From Octopus sinensis (taxonomy: Eukaryota): a stretch of DNA of 64,000 bases. Each line of letters opens with the position of its first letter. Position 1 is the first letter of the stretch. The stretch spans positions 3,038,001 through 3,102,000 of the forward strand of contig NC_043005.1 of NCBI RefSeq assembly GCF_006345805.1, written 5' to 3'. Positions 51,836 through 64,000 of this stretch are shown piece after piece. The notes under the pieces were generated by a model. It was not told where the DNA came from. It ran no database searches and worked only from the letters and a program-made list of their open reading frames with translations. The position numbers were made by a program, and so were the translations under genes.

Positions 51836-53190
51836 TAAAGGATTTATATACACATATATATATATATATATATACACATGTGTATACGCACATGTGGACT
51901 CATATACACATACTCCACACACACATGCGTACACACCAACACACACACACACACACATACACACTCACAGACATATAATGATATTGGTTAGAGGGAGCGA
52001 TTCAGATTGTCGAACAAATAGACAGAAGGAATATTATATGCACACAGGTACGTGCGTGCATTTGTGTAGGTATATATGTGTATATGTATATGTATGTGTA
52101 TGTGTGTTTACATGTGTATATATGTGTGCGCATGTATGTACGTGCGCGCGCGTGAGTCAGTGCATGTGCGTGCGCATGTGTGTGCATGTGCGTGTGTGCA
52201 TGTGCGTGTGTGCATGTGTGTGTGTGTGCATGTGTGTGCGTGTGCGTGTATATGCACGTGTGTACGTGTGTAGACGTGCATGTGTTTGTGCATGTGTGTG
52301 TGCATGTGTGTATGTGTGTGTGTGTGTGTGTGTGTGTTAATACCAGTTTTCTTGTTTTTGGACAAAACCGAAGAACATTTCTGCTGAAATCACATGATGG
52401 CTTCTTCTATTGGAAAACAAAAATCAATAACCTATAGACTTCCCTGCCGACATTTTTCTTCTTTTATCGATTTCTATCTTCCATTGGTCTCGCAGTAGAC
52501 AGCGCCACCACTTCCACATCTCTTTGACGGACTTGATTTCTGCAGTCATTCCAACGACTCGATCCCCTTCGGCGACCGAGTTGCGCGCAAATGAAGCGAG
52601 TTTTGTAAGTGACGAAGTTCAAGTTTTATGTCTGCAGATTTTGGAGGATGTCTTTTGCGATGATTCTCAGCGACGGCGCAAGTCGAGGCTTTGCAACGAA
52701 TCCCACATGTGCAGCAGCAGCGGCAGCAGCAGCAGCAGCAGCGGCAGCTGTTTCAGTCGCTGATTATGTCATATTGCAATGAAATAATTACTACACCAGA
52801 CTTCAGTTCTTCATCCATTGGAAAGGGGTTTTGGTACCCCATCAATGGATGATTTGATTGTTCGCTCGTTCGAGACTACCCCTCTCTTTTCTCTCTCTCT
52901 CTCACACACACACACATACACATACACACGCAGTGTCACATACCTTTATGTATAGAAATAATGCCATATACTGTCATGTGTGTATATATATATATATTCT
53001 TTTATTGTTTTACTTATTTTATTCATTTGACTGCGTCCATGCTGGAGCACCGCCTTTAGTCGAACAAATAAACCGCAGGACTTATTCTTTGTAAGCCTAG
53101 TACTTACTCTATCGGTCTCTTTTTCTGACCACTAACGTCTGTTGTCAAGCGATGGTGGTGGAACAAACACACACACAAAATTATACATAC

Positions 53191-53233
<43 letters not shown>

Positions 53234-53508
53234 TATATATATTTATTATATAATATATATAATATATAATATATACATGTGTGTGTGTGTGTGGTGTGTG
53301 TGTTGTGCTATATATATATATATACGACGGGTTCATTTAGTTTCCTCTACCAAATCAACTCACAACGGCTTTGATCGGCCCCGCGGGTATTGCAGAAGAT
53401 TCTTGCCTAAGGTCCATGCAGTGAAACTGAGCTCGGACCATGGTGGGAAAGCAAGCTTCTTACCACACAACCACATTGTATATTATATATACACATTATA
53501 TATATTAT

Positions 53509-53553
<45 letters not shown>

Positions 53554-53609
53554 GATATATTATACACATACACACACACACACGCACACACACACAACAC
53601 AACACACAC

Positions 53610-53642
<33 letters not shown>

Positions 53643-53948
53643 GTATGTATATTATAAAATATTATTTAGAGCAAAACCACTATTTGCAAAACAAACAAGG
53701 AAAGACTTAATCAATACATAAAATTTTAATAAATAGTCAAAAAAACCGCCACTACAATCGGTTCTTGTCTGATCGACAATCTTCAGGTGGACTTCCAATA
53801 ATGTCAAATTAATATTATATGTATGTATATATATATTGTCATTAATTATGATAGACGGTGTTAATGACAATTTAATAATATTTAATGTCATATTTAATGA
53901 CGATTATGTTTCCCTATTTGGTGATAAATTGCTAAATGGCAGGCCTAA

Positions 53949-54032
<84 letters not shown>

Positions 54033-55576
54033 TTAAGGGGACCTGCTCTACGCGTGGGTGAGTGGTGTGGTTGTTACTTTCTGTTGCTTCCTTTCTGTTT
54101 CTTATTGCCACATTCTCCCTCTTTATTTCTCTCTCCTTTCTCTCTCACTTTCCCACTCTCTTACTCTTCCTTTCCCTCGGACTCTCTCTCGCTTTCTCTT
54201 ACTCTCTATCTCCCTCTCTCTCATTTATAAAGAACAAAAGATATTGAGTAAGTTGATAAAGAAAATATTTTGAAAGATCAATCATAAATATCAGGCAGTG
54301 GCAACGGAAAGGTCTGCTTCAAGGCGGACAGCAAAACGCTAACATTTAAAAGGAACAGACGAACTTGCGAGCAGAATAAAAAAAATATTGGAGACCAAAG
54401 TTTGAAGGGATAGAATCTCAGGACAGTAGACTCACCATGGCTGGCATTCAAAACTTCTTAATGATGGACAGCAACGTAGTGGCAGTTTAACGGCTAGCGC
54501 AAAATTTTGAACTTGATGTAAAAGAAAATTCCTAAACACCAAGTTTTGAAGTGATTCTTTCTCACGACAGTAGACTCACCATGGCAGGCATTCAAAACTT
54601 CTTCATGGCGGACGGCAACACATTGACGATTTAAAGGCAGGCGCAAATTTTTTAGCTTGATGTAACAGAGAATTCCTAAACACTCCCTCCTGTCAATTTT
54701 AATCCCCTTCGAGCCCCATTTAGACCCCTTTTCACATAAAAATCCAATTTGTATCAACGTAATAATTCATCGTTCTAAAAGACCTGTGGCGGGAATATTT
54801 AAACTGTTGCGGCTGTCAACGCTTTTTCTCTATAGACACAGACAGATGTACAGTGAGAGAGGTGGTGGGAGAAAGAGTGACAGAGAGATAGCGAAGCTGT
54901 CAAACGTCGTTATAGAGAGAAACTGGAGGGAAGGAAGGAAAGAGAGAGATGGAGGAAAACAGGGTGATATGCGAAAGGGAGAAACGACAATCACATGTCA
55001 AAGTGTGGGTTTTGTTGCCCTAGTAACCACAGCTTTTGATATAAGGGTTTCTAACCTAGTCCACTCACTTCCTCGCCTCTTTTTACATGTTCCTGTAAAT
55101 TTTGGAGCCAATCCGCCCCCATCTAGCTCGTTCCAATCCCAAAATGAGACAAACAAACTTTTTGCATTTCAGTTTTATATATATATATATATATATACTA
55201 TTGTATTTCGGGACGGTCATTTTTTTCTCTTTTTGTCAAATGAACACATGCACAGTATATTTTCGTTCTTCACTCGTTTATTACTGTTCTTATTCTAAGT
55301 CATGTGTATATTGTCCAGAAATCTTTCATCACACAACTGTGACCTCTTCAGCGATACTTTCAGTCTTCCTGTATGCTCTTGCTCCGCCTAGTCCATTCTG
55401 TTCATCTATGATGAGTATCCTTATATGCGTATGCGTTTGTGTATGTGTTTGTGCGCGTGTGTGTACGTGTGTGCGTATGTGTGTGTGTGTACATGTGTGT
55501 ATTTGAGATTGTTATTTGTAAAACTAAGAAGAAAGGAGGGTCATAGTGCTACTAAGAACAATGACACACACACAGT

Positions 55577-55620
<44 letters not shown>

Positions 55621-55762
55621 GTGTGTGTGTGCTTGTGTGTGTGTGTGTGGTTTATATTCTACGTTTTGTAGAATGATACATTAAGGAGCTTTTTATGAGT
55701 TCTACAGGATTATCTAAATCCATATATTGTGACTTAAATCTCTATCTATCTATCTATCTGCC

Positions 55763-55804
<42 letters not shown>

Positions 55805-56085
55805 ATATGGTGTGTATATATATATATATATTTATGCGTGTGCGTGTATAGATATAGATATGAATATCTCCATCTATATCTTTTATTTGTTTCAGTCATT
55901 GGACTAGGGCCATGCTGGAGCACCGCCTTGAAGGGGTTAGTCGAATATATCGAGCTATGTTTTTTTAAAGCCTTGTACTTATCCTATTGATCTCTTTTCA
56001 CCGAACCGCTAAGTTACGGGTGCGTAAAAAGCCAACACCGGTTGTTAAGCGTTGATGGGGGACAAACACACAAAGACGCATTGAT

Positions 56086-56125
<40 letters not shown>

Positions 56126-56457
56126 TATATATATATATCACGTGACCACGTAACCGACCAGGCCATCAGATGTTGCTACACATCGCTGGTCACAATGCAC
56201 TTCGCATTGTTTTAACCTTCAAATGACACCACCCCCCTGGCTAAGCGAGCAGGCCAACAAAAGAAAGAGTGAGAGAAAGTTGTGGCGAAAGAGTACAGCA
56301 GGGATCACCACCCCACCCCTGCTTGAGCCACGTGGATCTTTTGGTGTTTTCGCTCAATAAACACTCCCCACGCACGGTCTGGGAATCGAAACCGCAATCC
56401 TACGACCGCGAGTTCGCTGCCCTAACCACTGGGCCATTGCGCCTCCACACACACACA

Positions 56458-56533
<76 letters not shown>

Positions 56534-56734
56534 CGACGGGCTTCTTTCAGTTTCCGTCTAGCAAATCCACTCACACGGCTTTGGTCGGCCCGAGGCTATG
56601 GTAGAAGAACCTTGCGCAAGGTGCCACGCAGGGGGACCCGGACCCATGTGGTTGGCAAGCAAGCTTCTTACCGCTCAGCCTTACTTGGGCCTGTGTGCGC
56701 GTGCGTGCGTGTTATGCTTGCATGCATGTATGTG

Positions 56735-57935
56735 TCATTATTCAGTTTTATTTCAAGACTAGCTGCATAGCCCGGCGTTGCTCGGGTATGTAAGAGCCCC
56801 TAGTAGGCAACGACTAATCCCAATCTAGTCCTTTCCCTCTAGGGAACGAAGGCGCATGTGTGGGTTGCAATGTCTTCTCTTCACTCGAATACTTCTGTGT
56901 ATACGATGTTCCTAGCTGTCCCTTTGGGCGAAAACATGAAAACATCATTGCGCCTCCTAACGCGTGAACAGCCCACGTACAGCCCAGAAAATGTGTTGCA
57001 TATAAAAAGCTTAGATTCTCGACCCCATGTCGAATTTATCGACTTTTTTCAGAACTGGAGGAACTTTTCAAAATTTTCGCTGCGTTAGTTTTGAATTATG
57101 ACATTGGGCTATGTGTGTGTCAAGTTTCATCAAAATTGGTTGAAAGCCGTGGTCAGGGTGAGGGTACAACCTGACAGACACACAGACACACAGACACACA
57201 GACACACAGACAGACAAACTGCCGTTTATATATAGAGAGATTTCTTGCCAAGTGAGAAAGATCCGGTTTCTAAATTAGATCCAAGTTTTCTTCACTGGAA
57301 TTTCAACATCAACAGAGTACTTTTGTATGTATGTATGTATGTATGTATGTATGTATGTATGTATGTATGTATGTATGTATGTATGTATGTATATAAGTAT
57401 GTATGTATGTGTGTATGTATTTATGTATGTATGTATGTGTGTATGTATTTATGTATGTATGTATGAATGAATGTATGTATGTATGTATGTATGTATGTAT
57501 GTATGCATGTATGTATGTATGAATGTATGTATGTATGTATGTATGTATGTACGTATGGATGCATGTATGTATGTATGTATGTATGTATGTATGTACGTAT
57601 GCATGTATGTATGTATGTATGTATGTATGTATGTATGTATGTACGTATGCATGTATGTATGTATGTATGTATGTGTGGGTGTAGATTTGTATGTTTGTTT
57701 TATGTATGTATTCTCATGCATATAGTTACATATCTAGACATGCTCATATATATTTAAATGATAAACTTCCGGTAAGTTTTACAGATTTTTACAGTTCCAG
57801 TGACGGATTGGATCTGTAGTCTTCGAATAAATTTTCTCCTTCCTGGTTTTGAGAAGCCTAATTTCTCAAGATTGGTATTTAAGCAGTGTGTTACATATCC
57901 CAGGGCCCCAATAATTATAGGTAGAAATCTGAACT
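56735..57935 (-). mobile_element. R4/Dong-like LINE 3' end (paralogue of 38115-38715) interrupted by a Helitron
   Basis: TCATTATTCAG.TTTATTTCAAG...TTTCTTGCCAA..GAGAAAG and GATCTGTAGTCTTCGAAT..GAGAA.CCTAATTTCTCAAGATTGG match the 38 kb copy. Confidence 0.82.
56759..57240 (-). mobile_element. Complete 482-bp non-autonomous Helitron
   Basis: Minus strand A|TCTCTCTATA...GCAGCTAG|T, hairpin CCCGGC..GCTCGGG at 56771-56786, no TSD against the paralogous empty site. Confidence 0.85.
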
Positions 57936-59203
57936 GTGTATGTATGTATGTATGTATGTATGTATGTATGTATGTATGTATGTATGTATGTATGTATGTA
58001 TGTATGTATGTATGTATGTATGTACGTATGTATGTATGTATGTACGTATGTATGTATTATGTATGTATTTACGCTTGTATGTATTTATGTTTGTATGTAT
58101 ATATGTATGTATGCATACATGTATGTATGTACATCCAAGCTTAATATGTTCCGGCAGACTTGAATGTGAAATCCTGAACATGGTATTTCGGTGTTGGAGC
58201 CAGTCAATTGTTTTGTACATTGTAGAGAGGGAGGAGTTGTGGTACGATGACGAAATTCATCAGCGAAAAGCCAGGCTCGCGTTAAAGTCAACCGGAATTT
58301 ATTAACAATCGATATACACATAATTCTCTATATAAATATTTGCGATCGAAGCAGTATTACTTCTGAATGGCAATTTTTATATCCCATTTAACATAGATGT
58401 ATTTTTTGAATGTCGTATTACTGCGGTATTCACCTCGAGAGATCTTCTCATTTAGATGCACGGTGCTAAGTGCACAGACATATATCGGTAGCAAATGAGA
58501 ACCGTCTGGCAGAAGCACCGGCACTACCAGGTCACGTGATTTTAGCATACTGCGGTTCCTCTCGCCCGCTATTTATTTGCCCATTATGTATGCAGTCAAC
58601 ATTTTATCACATATTAAAATAGCGGATATCTCAACCAGATATCTCTCATTAACTAATATTAAACTGATGACAATATTCATGAATAAATCCTTTAATATTA
58701 AATATTATTAGTATGGAATCGCATTATGTGAGGATTATAAGCGTGTTCTGAATTTGATGGGAATTTAATTATTTCAAATGCACAAAACAAACGAAAAAGA
58801 AAAAAATTAACTGAACATTCTTAGGAAATAACATTTATAATAAGTGTTAAATCGCATGAACAAAAGGACTAATCCAAAGAAAAAACAGCTTTCAACAGCG
58901 CTAAACATGTTGCATCGTGCCGAGATAAATAAATGTTATAGTAACAAGTTTAAGAACATCAAATGGAAAAAGAAAAAAAGATTTTTGCTGGTTTGTTTTT
59001 TAATCAAAAATAAAATGTCTTACCAAAATAAACTGAAACAATCGAATCGAGAAATTCAAAAAAAGTCGTGAAAAACAAAGATAGGTTGAACAGACTACAT
59101 TTGAGAAAGATGAAGCATTAGCTGCTGCTGTAAAGAGCTGGTTCCGGCACGAAGAAAGTGACGAGTCATCATAAAACATGATATATATATATATATATAA
59201 TAT

Positions 59204-59299
<96 letters not shown>

Positions 59300-59305
59300 T
59301 GTGTG

Positions 59306-59339
<34 letters not shown>

Positions 59340-59419
59340 TGTATATGTAGCCTTGAAACTCTTCTCTCTCCAGCGCAGTCGCGAGCGGTATATCATTTGC
59401 ACAAACTACCTGAACATTA

Positions 59420-59790
59420 GTTTCCAGGTTCATCCAAGGCTGGAACCACGGGCCATACGTCCTCTGTCCAATTCAGGATCACAACATATAGGTACACTGC
59501 GACACAGTTTCTTTTCCTCAACAGGCCCTGCTCTGTTTAACATTGTCCCAAAACTGATCAAAGAGGAAAAGGATCCCATCACCTTTAAACGGAGTCTGGA
59601 TAAATTTCTTCAGAGAATATCAGATAAGCCACCTATACCTGGATACAACTCACTCAACAAGAACTCACTACTTGAATGGATCATAATACCACAAAACTTA
59701 GAAAGGATTTAGATAATCCTATCATGTGGTGTTATTAAGTTAGACATGGCCTGGACCGATCTTTGGTCGAAACATATCTAACTTTATGTA
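59420..59790 (+). mobile_element. CR1-like LINE 3' end, different subfamily
   Basis: GTLRHSFFSSTGPALFNIVPK..FKRSLDKFLQRISDKPPIPGY..NKNSLLEW. Confidence 0.8.
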
Positions 59791-59806
59791 AGTTTATATG
59801 AGTGTG

Positions 59807-59849
<43 letters not shown>

Positions 59850-62100
59850 TAATCCAATATATTCAATGAAAATAAAGTGAACTGGATTTTAGATAAGTGC
59901 TCTTGATATGAGAAATGTCTAAACCTTAAAGGTGTTTAGAGATTCACTTGGAGCGATTATATATCATGAAGTAAAAGCAGGAAAAATTATATCAAAAAAT
60001 CACAGAAGAGATGTTTTGGAAGATGTGATGAATCCGAAACGTTAAAATATTGGATTAAATGGTAAGCTTTACATAGTTTAATCTTTGCTCAGAATCTTAT
60101 AAAATGCGACTTTTCTTTCAGCCCCATCTCCACTCCGTGATCGATTAAAATAAATACCAGTCATATACTGGAATCGATTCAATGAATTCTTCAATCCATT
60201 CTTCCTCAGAACACGTGATGGTCTGTACTCATCTAAGAAATCGTTATTTCACATGTTGATGCGAAAGCCTACTTGGGTGACTTATATCCTGAAAGCAAAA
60301 GAGCATCTGGGAGAAGTAAGATAAAACTCAATGGCAAAACGAAACGCTTACTTTGTTGCTAATGGACAATCACAGTTTTGATGAAGGAATCGCGTTGCAG
60401 ACTATGGCCGGTATTCTACGGTATTCTGGGAGTGTGATTGTTTGAAGTGTCCAAATATATTTCAATATATTCAATAGATTTCACGAAAATAATTTAATGA
60501 TAGTAAAATAAATAAATAGACAAATAGATAAATGAGTAAAAGCGGAGAAGAGATGAACAAAACAAGAAATGTCAAGAAATAAGAAGATAATGCTCTTTAG
60601 ATGCGTCGGGGCAGTCCCGAGATGATTAAATATGACGTTCATATATACACACACGAACCATATGTGTGTGTGTGTATGCGCGCACACGCGTGTGTGTATG
60701 TATTATTTGTGTACGCTACACTCAGAAATATAGCCGATTGTATAAGTGCATGCATTATTTTATATGAATATTAAAATATACCAGACTCTCCTCAAACTCT
60801 CCTCTCTCTCTCTCTTTCTCTCTCTCGTTCTCTCTCTCTCATGCGCGCCCGCATATATTCCAGGAAGATTAAGTTATGTGTTGGCTGTGTTTACCAAAAA
60901 AGAATTCGGAGAAAAAAAAAGTAGAACTTATGTAAATCAGAAAGAAGAAGAAGAAAAAGAACAAAAAGTAAAAAAGAAAAAGAGGAGGAGGAAAGAAGAG
61001 GAAAAATCCTAATACATGAAATATATAACAATAGATTCAGACCAAAAGTAATGAGGCGGAGGTTTGGTTGTGATGAGGTTTAACATTCGAAACAACAAAC
61101 ATCGTCATCAAATTGTACAAATGTCAAATGCGATGCATCTCTCCCCATCCTTTCTCTATTTTTCTTTTATTGTCTCTCTTTCTTTCTTTCTCTATTTATC
61201 GCTCTCTGTCTGTCTCTTCTGCACTCTTTCTTTTCCTTCTTTGTTTCTCCATTTTTGTTTTTTGCATACTCATACAGTTAGATATACGCACTTTCTGTCT
61301 GGAATTAGAAAAAAGAAAAAAGATTAAAAAAAAAACAAGAACAAAAGGAAATAGATTTGCAAAATTCCCAAAGACTTAGTCTCCCTTTGAAGAAGTTAGT
61401 CATCCAACGACTTCAAAAGATTATCTAAAGTTGGCAAAACACAATATCTGATATTTACTTAGTAAAAGTCTGTAACAAAAGTGGCGATGCTTATAAAAAC
61501 AGCAACATGGCGCCTCGGAGATATTGGACGATCAATGTTTGGGATTAGAAAGGTAAAGTTATTGGGGAATGGCGTTAAAGATGCATCAAACAAATCTACT
61601 AAACGTTCAGAAAATAATTCTATAGAGGTTTTATTATTTATTTAATTAAATTTTTTTCTTTAGTTCCGTAATCCATGTATCTAAAGACCCCTTCATGTCG
61701 TATATATTTGCAAACTATAACCACTACAACCAATGCAAAAAGTTAAATTTTGCATTGTCAATTAACAAAACTCTCATCAATTTAATGAAAGGTAAGGGTT
61801 TGGTTTTTCCTAGACTGGTGAGATGGATGCGACCATTGCTCACCTTGAATATTTGTTGGTCAATGTCTTCTGTAAAAAAACAAAACAAAATAACTTGGAC
61901 AGGAGGATCTCAGGAGTCTTGTCTGAAGGCTTGAAACAGAGTGGACTGTGCTAGAGCCACACACGGACCAGTTGATGGGGTTCCACTGAGCTCCCCTGAA
62001 TCGATGATAGTTGATACTACCATTAGGTACCTACGTATTTGCAGTCAGGTCAACTCGACCAGTTGGGGATAAACTGTTCTGGGAAGTGGGCCTCATTCGG

Positions 62101-62287
62101 TACCTGTATTAATGGGTAGATTTAATGAAGTGCCTGTAATAATAGGTAGATTTAATGAAGTACTTGTATTAATAGGTAGATTTAATGAATTACCTGTATT
62201 AATGGGTAGATTTAATGAAGTTCCTGTATTAATAGGTAGATTTAATGAAGTACCTGTATTAATAGGTAGATTTAATGAAGTACTTGT
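62101..62287. repeat. 30-bp minisatellite (TACCTGTATTAATAGGTAGATTTAATGAAG), 6 copies plus a partial
   Basis: Directly visible. Confidence 0.95.
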
Positions 62288-62702
62288 GGCTAGATACATA
62301 CTTCGCTTCCCTTAGATGGGAGTTCAACACTTTCATTAATTCAGTTGTCGGCAATTCTTCAGTTTTTGGTTCTTTTATTATATTTTGTGTGTGTTGTGTC
62401 GTGTTGTGTTGTGTGTGTGTGTGTGAAGGTTATTCTTCGTTGTTTCATTCTTAGATTGAAAACCATTCTGTAGAGTTCCAACTCATCGAGGTATTACTAA
62501 GTAATTACTTGTGTAATTGCCAGCGAAACTCATTATTAGGACATCCAACCAATTATCAGACGTATTGATTGTTGTTGGAGTCTATTGATTCAACCGGAAT
62601 CAATTCTAAGAACAATTTTCGCACAATTCATTAATTCACACAACAAACCAGACAAAGAGAACATAAGCTATTATGAATGATTCTAAACAGAAACCAGTGA
62701 AA

Positions 62703-62762
62703 ACAAAACAAAACAAAACAAAACAAAACAAAACAAAGCAAAACAAAGCAAAACAAAACAAA
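62703..62762. repeat. (CAAAA)n pentanucleotide repeat
   Basis: Directly visible. Confidence 0.9.
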
Positions 62763-63879
62763 ACCCCATTCAACATCCACAACACAGCAATAATGTTAGA
62801 TAACATTAAGTGTATTATATAAAATCATAATATACTCACGTGCGTACATGTGGTTGTGTGAGTGTTTCTGTGTTTGTCTATGTGTGTGTGTGCTTGCGGG
62901 CTGTTAGAATCGTTAGCATGCTTTTCATTCTTTTGGGGTCAATAAAATAAGTACCAGTAGATCACTGGGGGGTCGATATAATCAATGTACCCCTCCTCCT
63001 GACTTTGCTGGCCTTGTGCCAAAATTTGAAACCAATGTTGTCTTATTTCTGTACCGGATTAATTTTATAAAGAAGTCATATAATTGGTTGAATAAACTTT
63101 GATATACATATCTTATGGCCCCTGAACGATGAAAGTTTAAATGGACCTCGATAACACTTGAACACAGGACTGGATGAGATGAAAGAAAGGCAACCGATAA
63201 GATGGTGTAGCGTCTCTGTTAAGTGGCTGCCCTTTATTACATTAAAATACTCTCAAAATAGAAATATCCTTATGATCTTTAAAGGTTTCGAAGGTTATTA
63301 CAAAAGCTTCCTCTTCTTGGAATGTGAGGACAAATTAATTTGGCAGAATTCATTATGCGTGGAGGTAAAGAATCCAAATGGAACATACTTTCTGGAGGCA
63401 GCGTTCCAGGAGATTATCATCCCTCCACAGGGCTCTCTCTCTCTCCCTCTCTCCACACACACACACGCACGTACATATACTCATACACACATACATACAC
63501 CACTGTATCAGTATATGGAATAGACCATCGGATGTTGTTATATACCGCTGGTCACACTGCACTTCTTCGCATTGCTTTAGCTTTCAAATGGTGCAATCAA
63601 GCAGGCCGCTCCACATTCCATCTGAACTGGAGCGATAGTCATTCGCAAGGTTTCTCATCTACAGTCGAGTGGACTGGACCAACTTGAAATGAAGTGTTTT
63701 GCTCAAGAACACACCAGTCTGGGTTTCGAAACCATGATCCTGCGATCGTGAGCGCAACACCTTAAACACTAAGCCATGCGTCTACACACATACACACGCG
63801 CGCGCGCGCGTCTATGTACATGTGTGTGTGTCTGTATTATAATTTCCTATAATATACTTAAGGTTGTCTAATCTTGATT

Positions 63880-64000
63880 TCAGAGTTTGGTACAAGGCCA
63901 GTAATTTCGGGGCAGGGGGTAAACCGATTACATCGATCCCAGTGCTGAACTGGTGCATAGTTTACTGACTTCCGAAAGGATAAAAGACGAAGTCAACGTC
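63880..64000 (-). mobile_element. Nin/Deu-like SINE running off the window end
   Basis: GATTACATCGATCCCAG...TCCGAAAGGATAAAAGACGAAGTCAAC. Confidence 0.7.

Noticed and set aside
52496-52763. CpG-rich stretch with a CAG repeat, ORF 52524-52763 and possible splice sites at 52495 and 52605
   Set aside because: There is no recognisable domain, the exon end is atypical and no partner exons were found. It cannot be supported without RNA data.
58530-58540. GGTCACGTGAT E-box/CLEAR-like motif in a CpG-containing patch
   Set aside because: A single short motif with no linked gene; a similar string at 56139 is part of a SINE.
59738-59784. Hairpin AGTTAGA...GACC/GGTC-GAAAC...TCTAACT
   Set aside because: It lacks the CUGAnGA core and is better explained as the 3' UTR stem-loop of the CR1-like LINE.

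Overview
Repeat-saturated, microsatellite-rich animal DNA. The SINE, LINE and microsatellite content fits a coleoid cephalopod, probably Octopus (inference). One host gene is well supported: five minus-strand exons (27055 down to 17505) splice in frame through canonical GT-AG sites into the C-terminal 216 aa of a lipoxygenase. I found no upstream exons of it in the remaining 37 kb, and a 100-N gap lies at 28636-28735. The rest is mostly decayed mobile DNA: RTE, CR1-like, R4/Dong-like and HERO-like LINEs, Penelope-like elements, a Gypsy remnant with its 3' LTR, mariner, maT and Chapaev-like DNA transposons, non-autonomous Helitrons and tRNA-derived SINEs. Most listed ORFs are microsatellite artefacts. 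The best second-look items are several hammerhead-ribozyme motifs at Penelope-like termini, Helitrons with definable ends (one head-to-tail pair with LINE-like cargo), an R4-like LINE that appears to target (CATA)n, a shared LINE/SINE 3' tail and fold-back inverted duplications, some of which may be assembly artefacts. All alignments were done by eye, and mobile-element boundaries are approximate unless termini are quoted.
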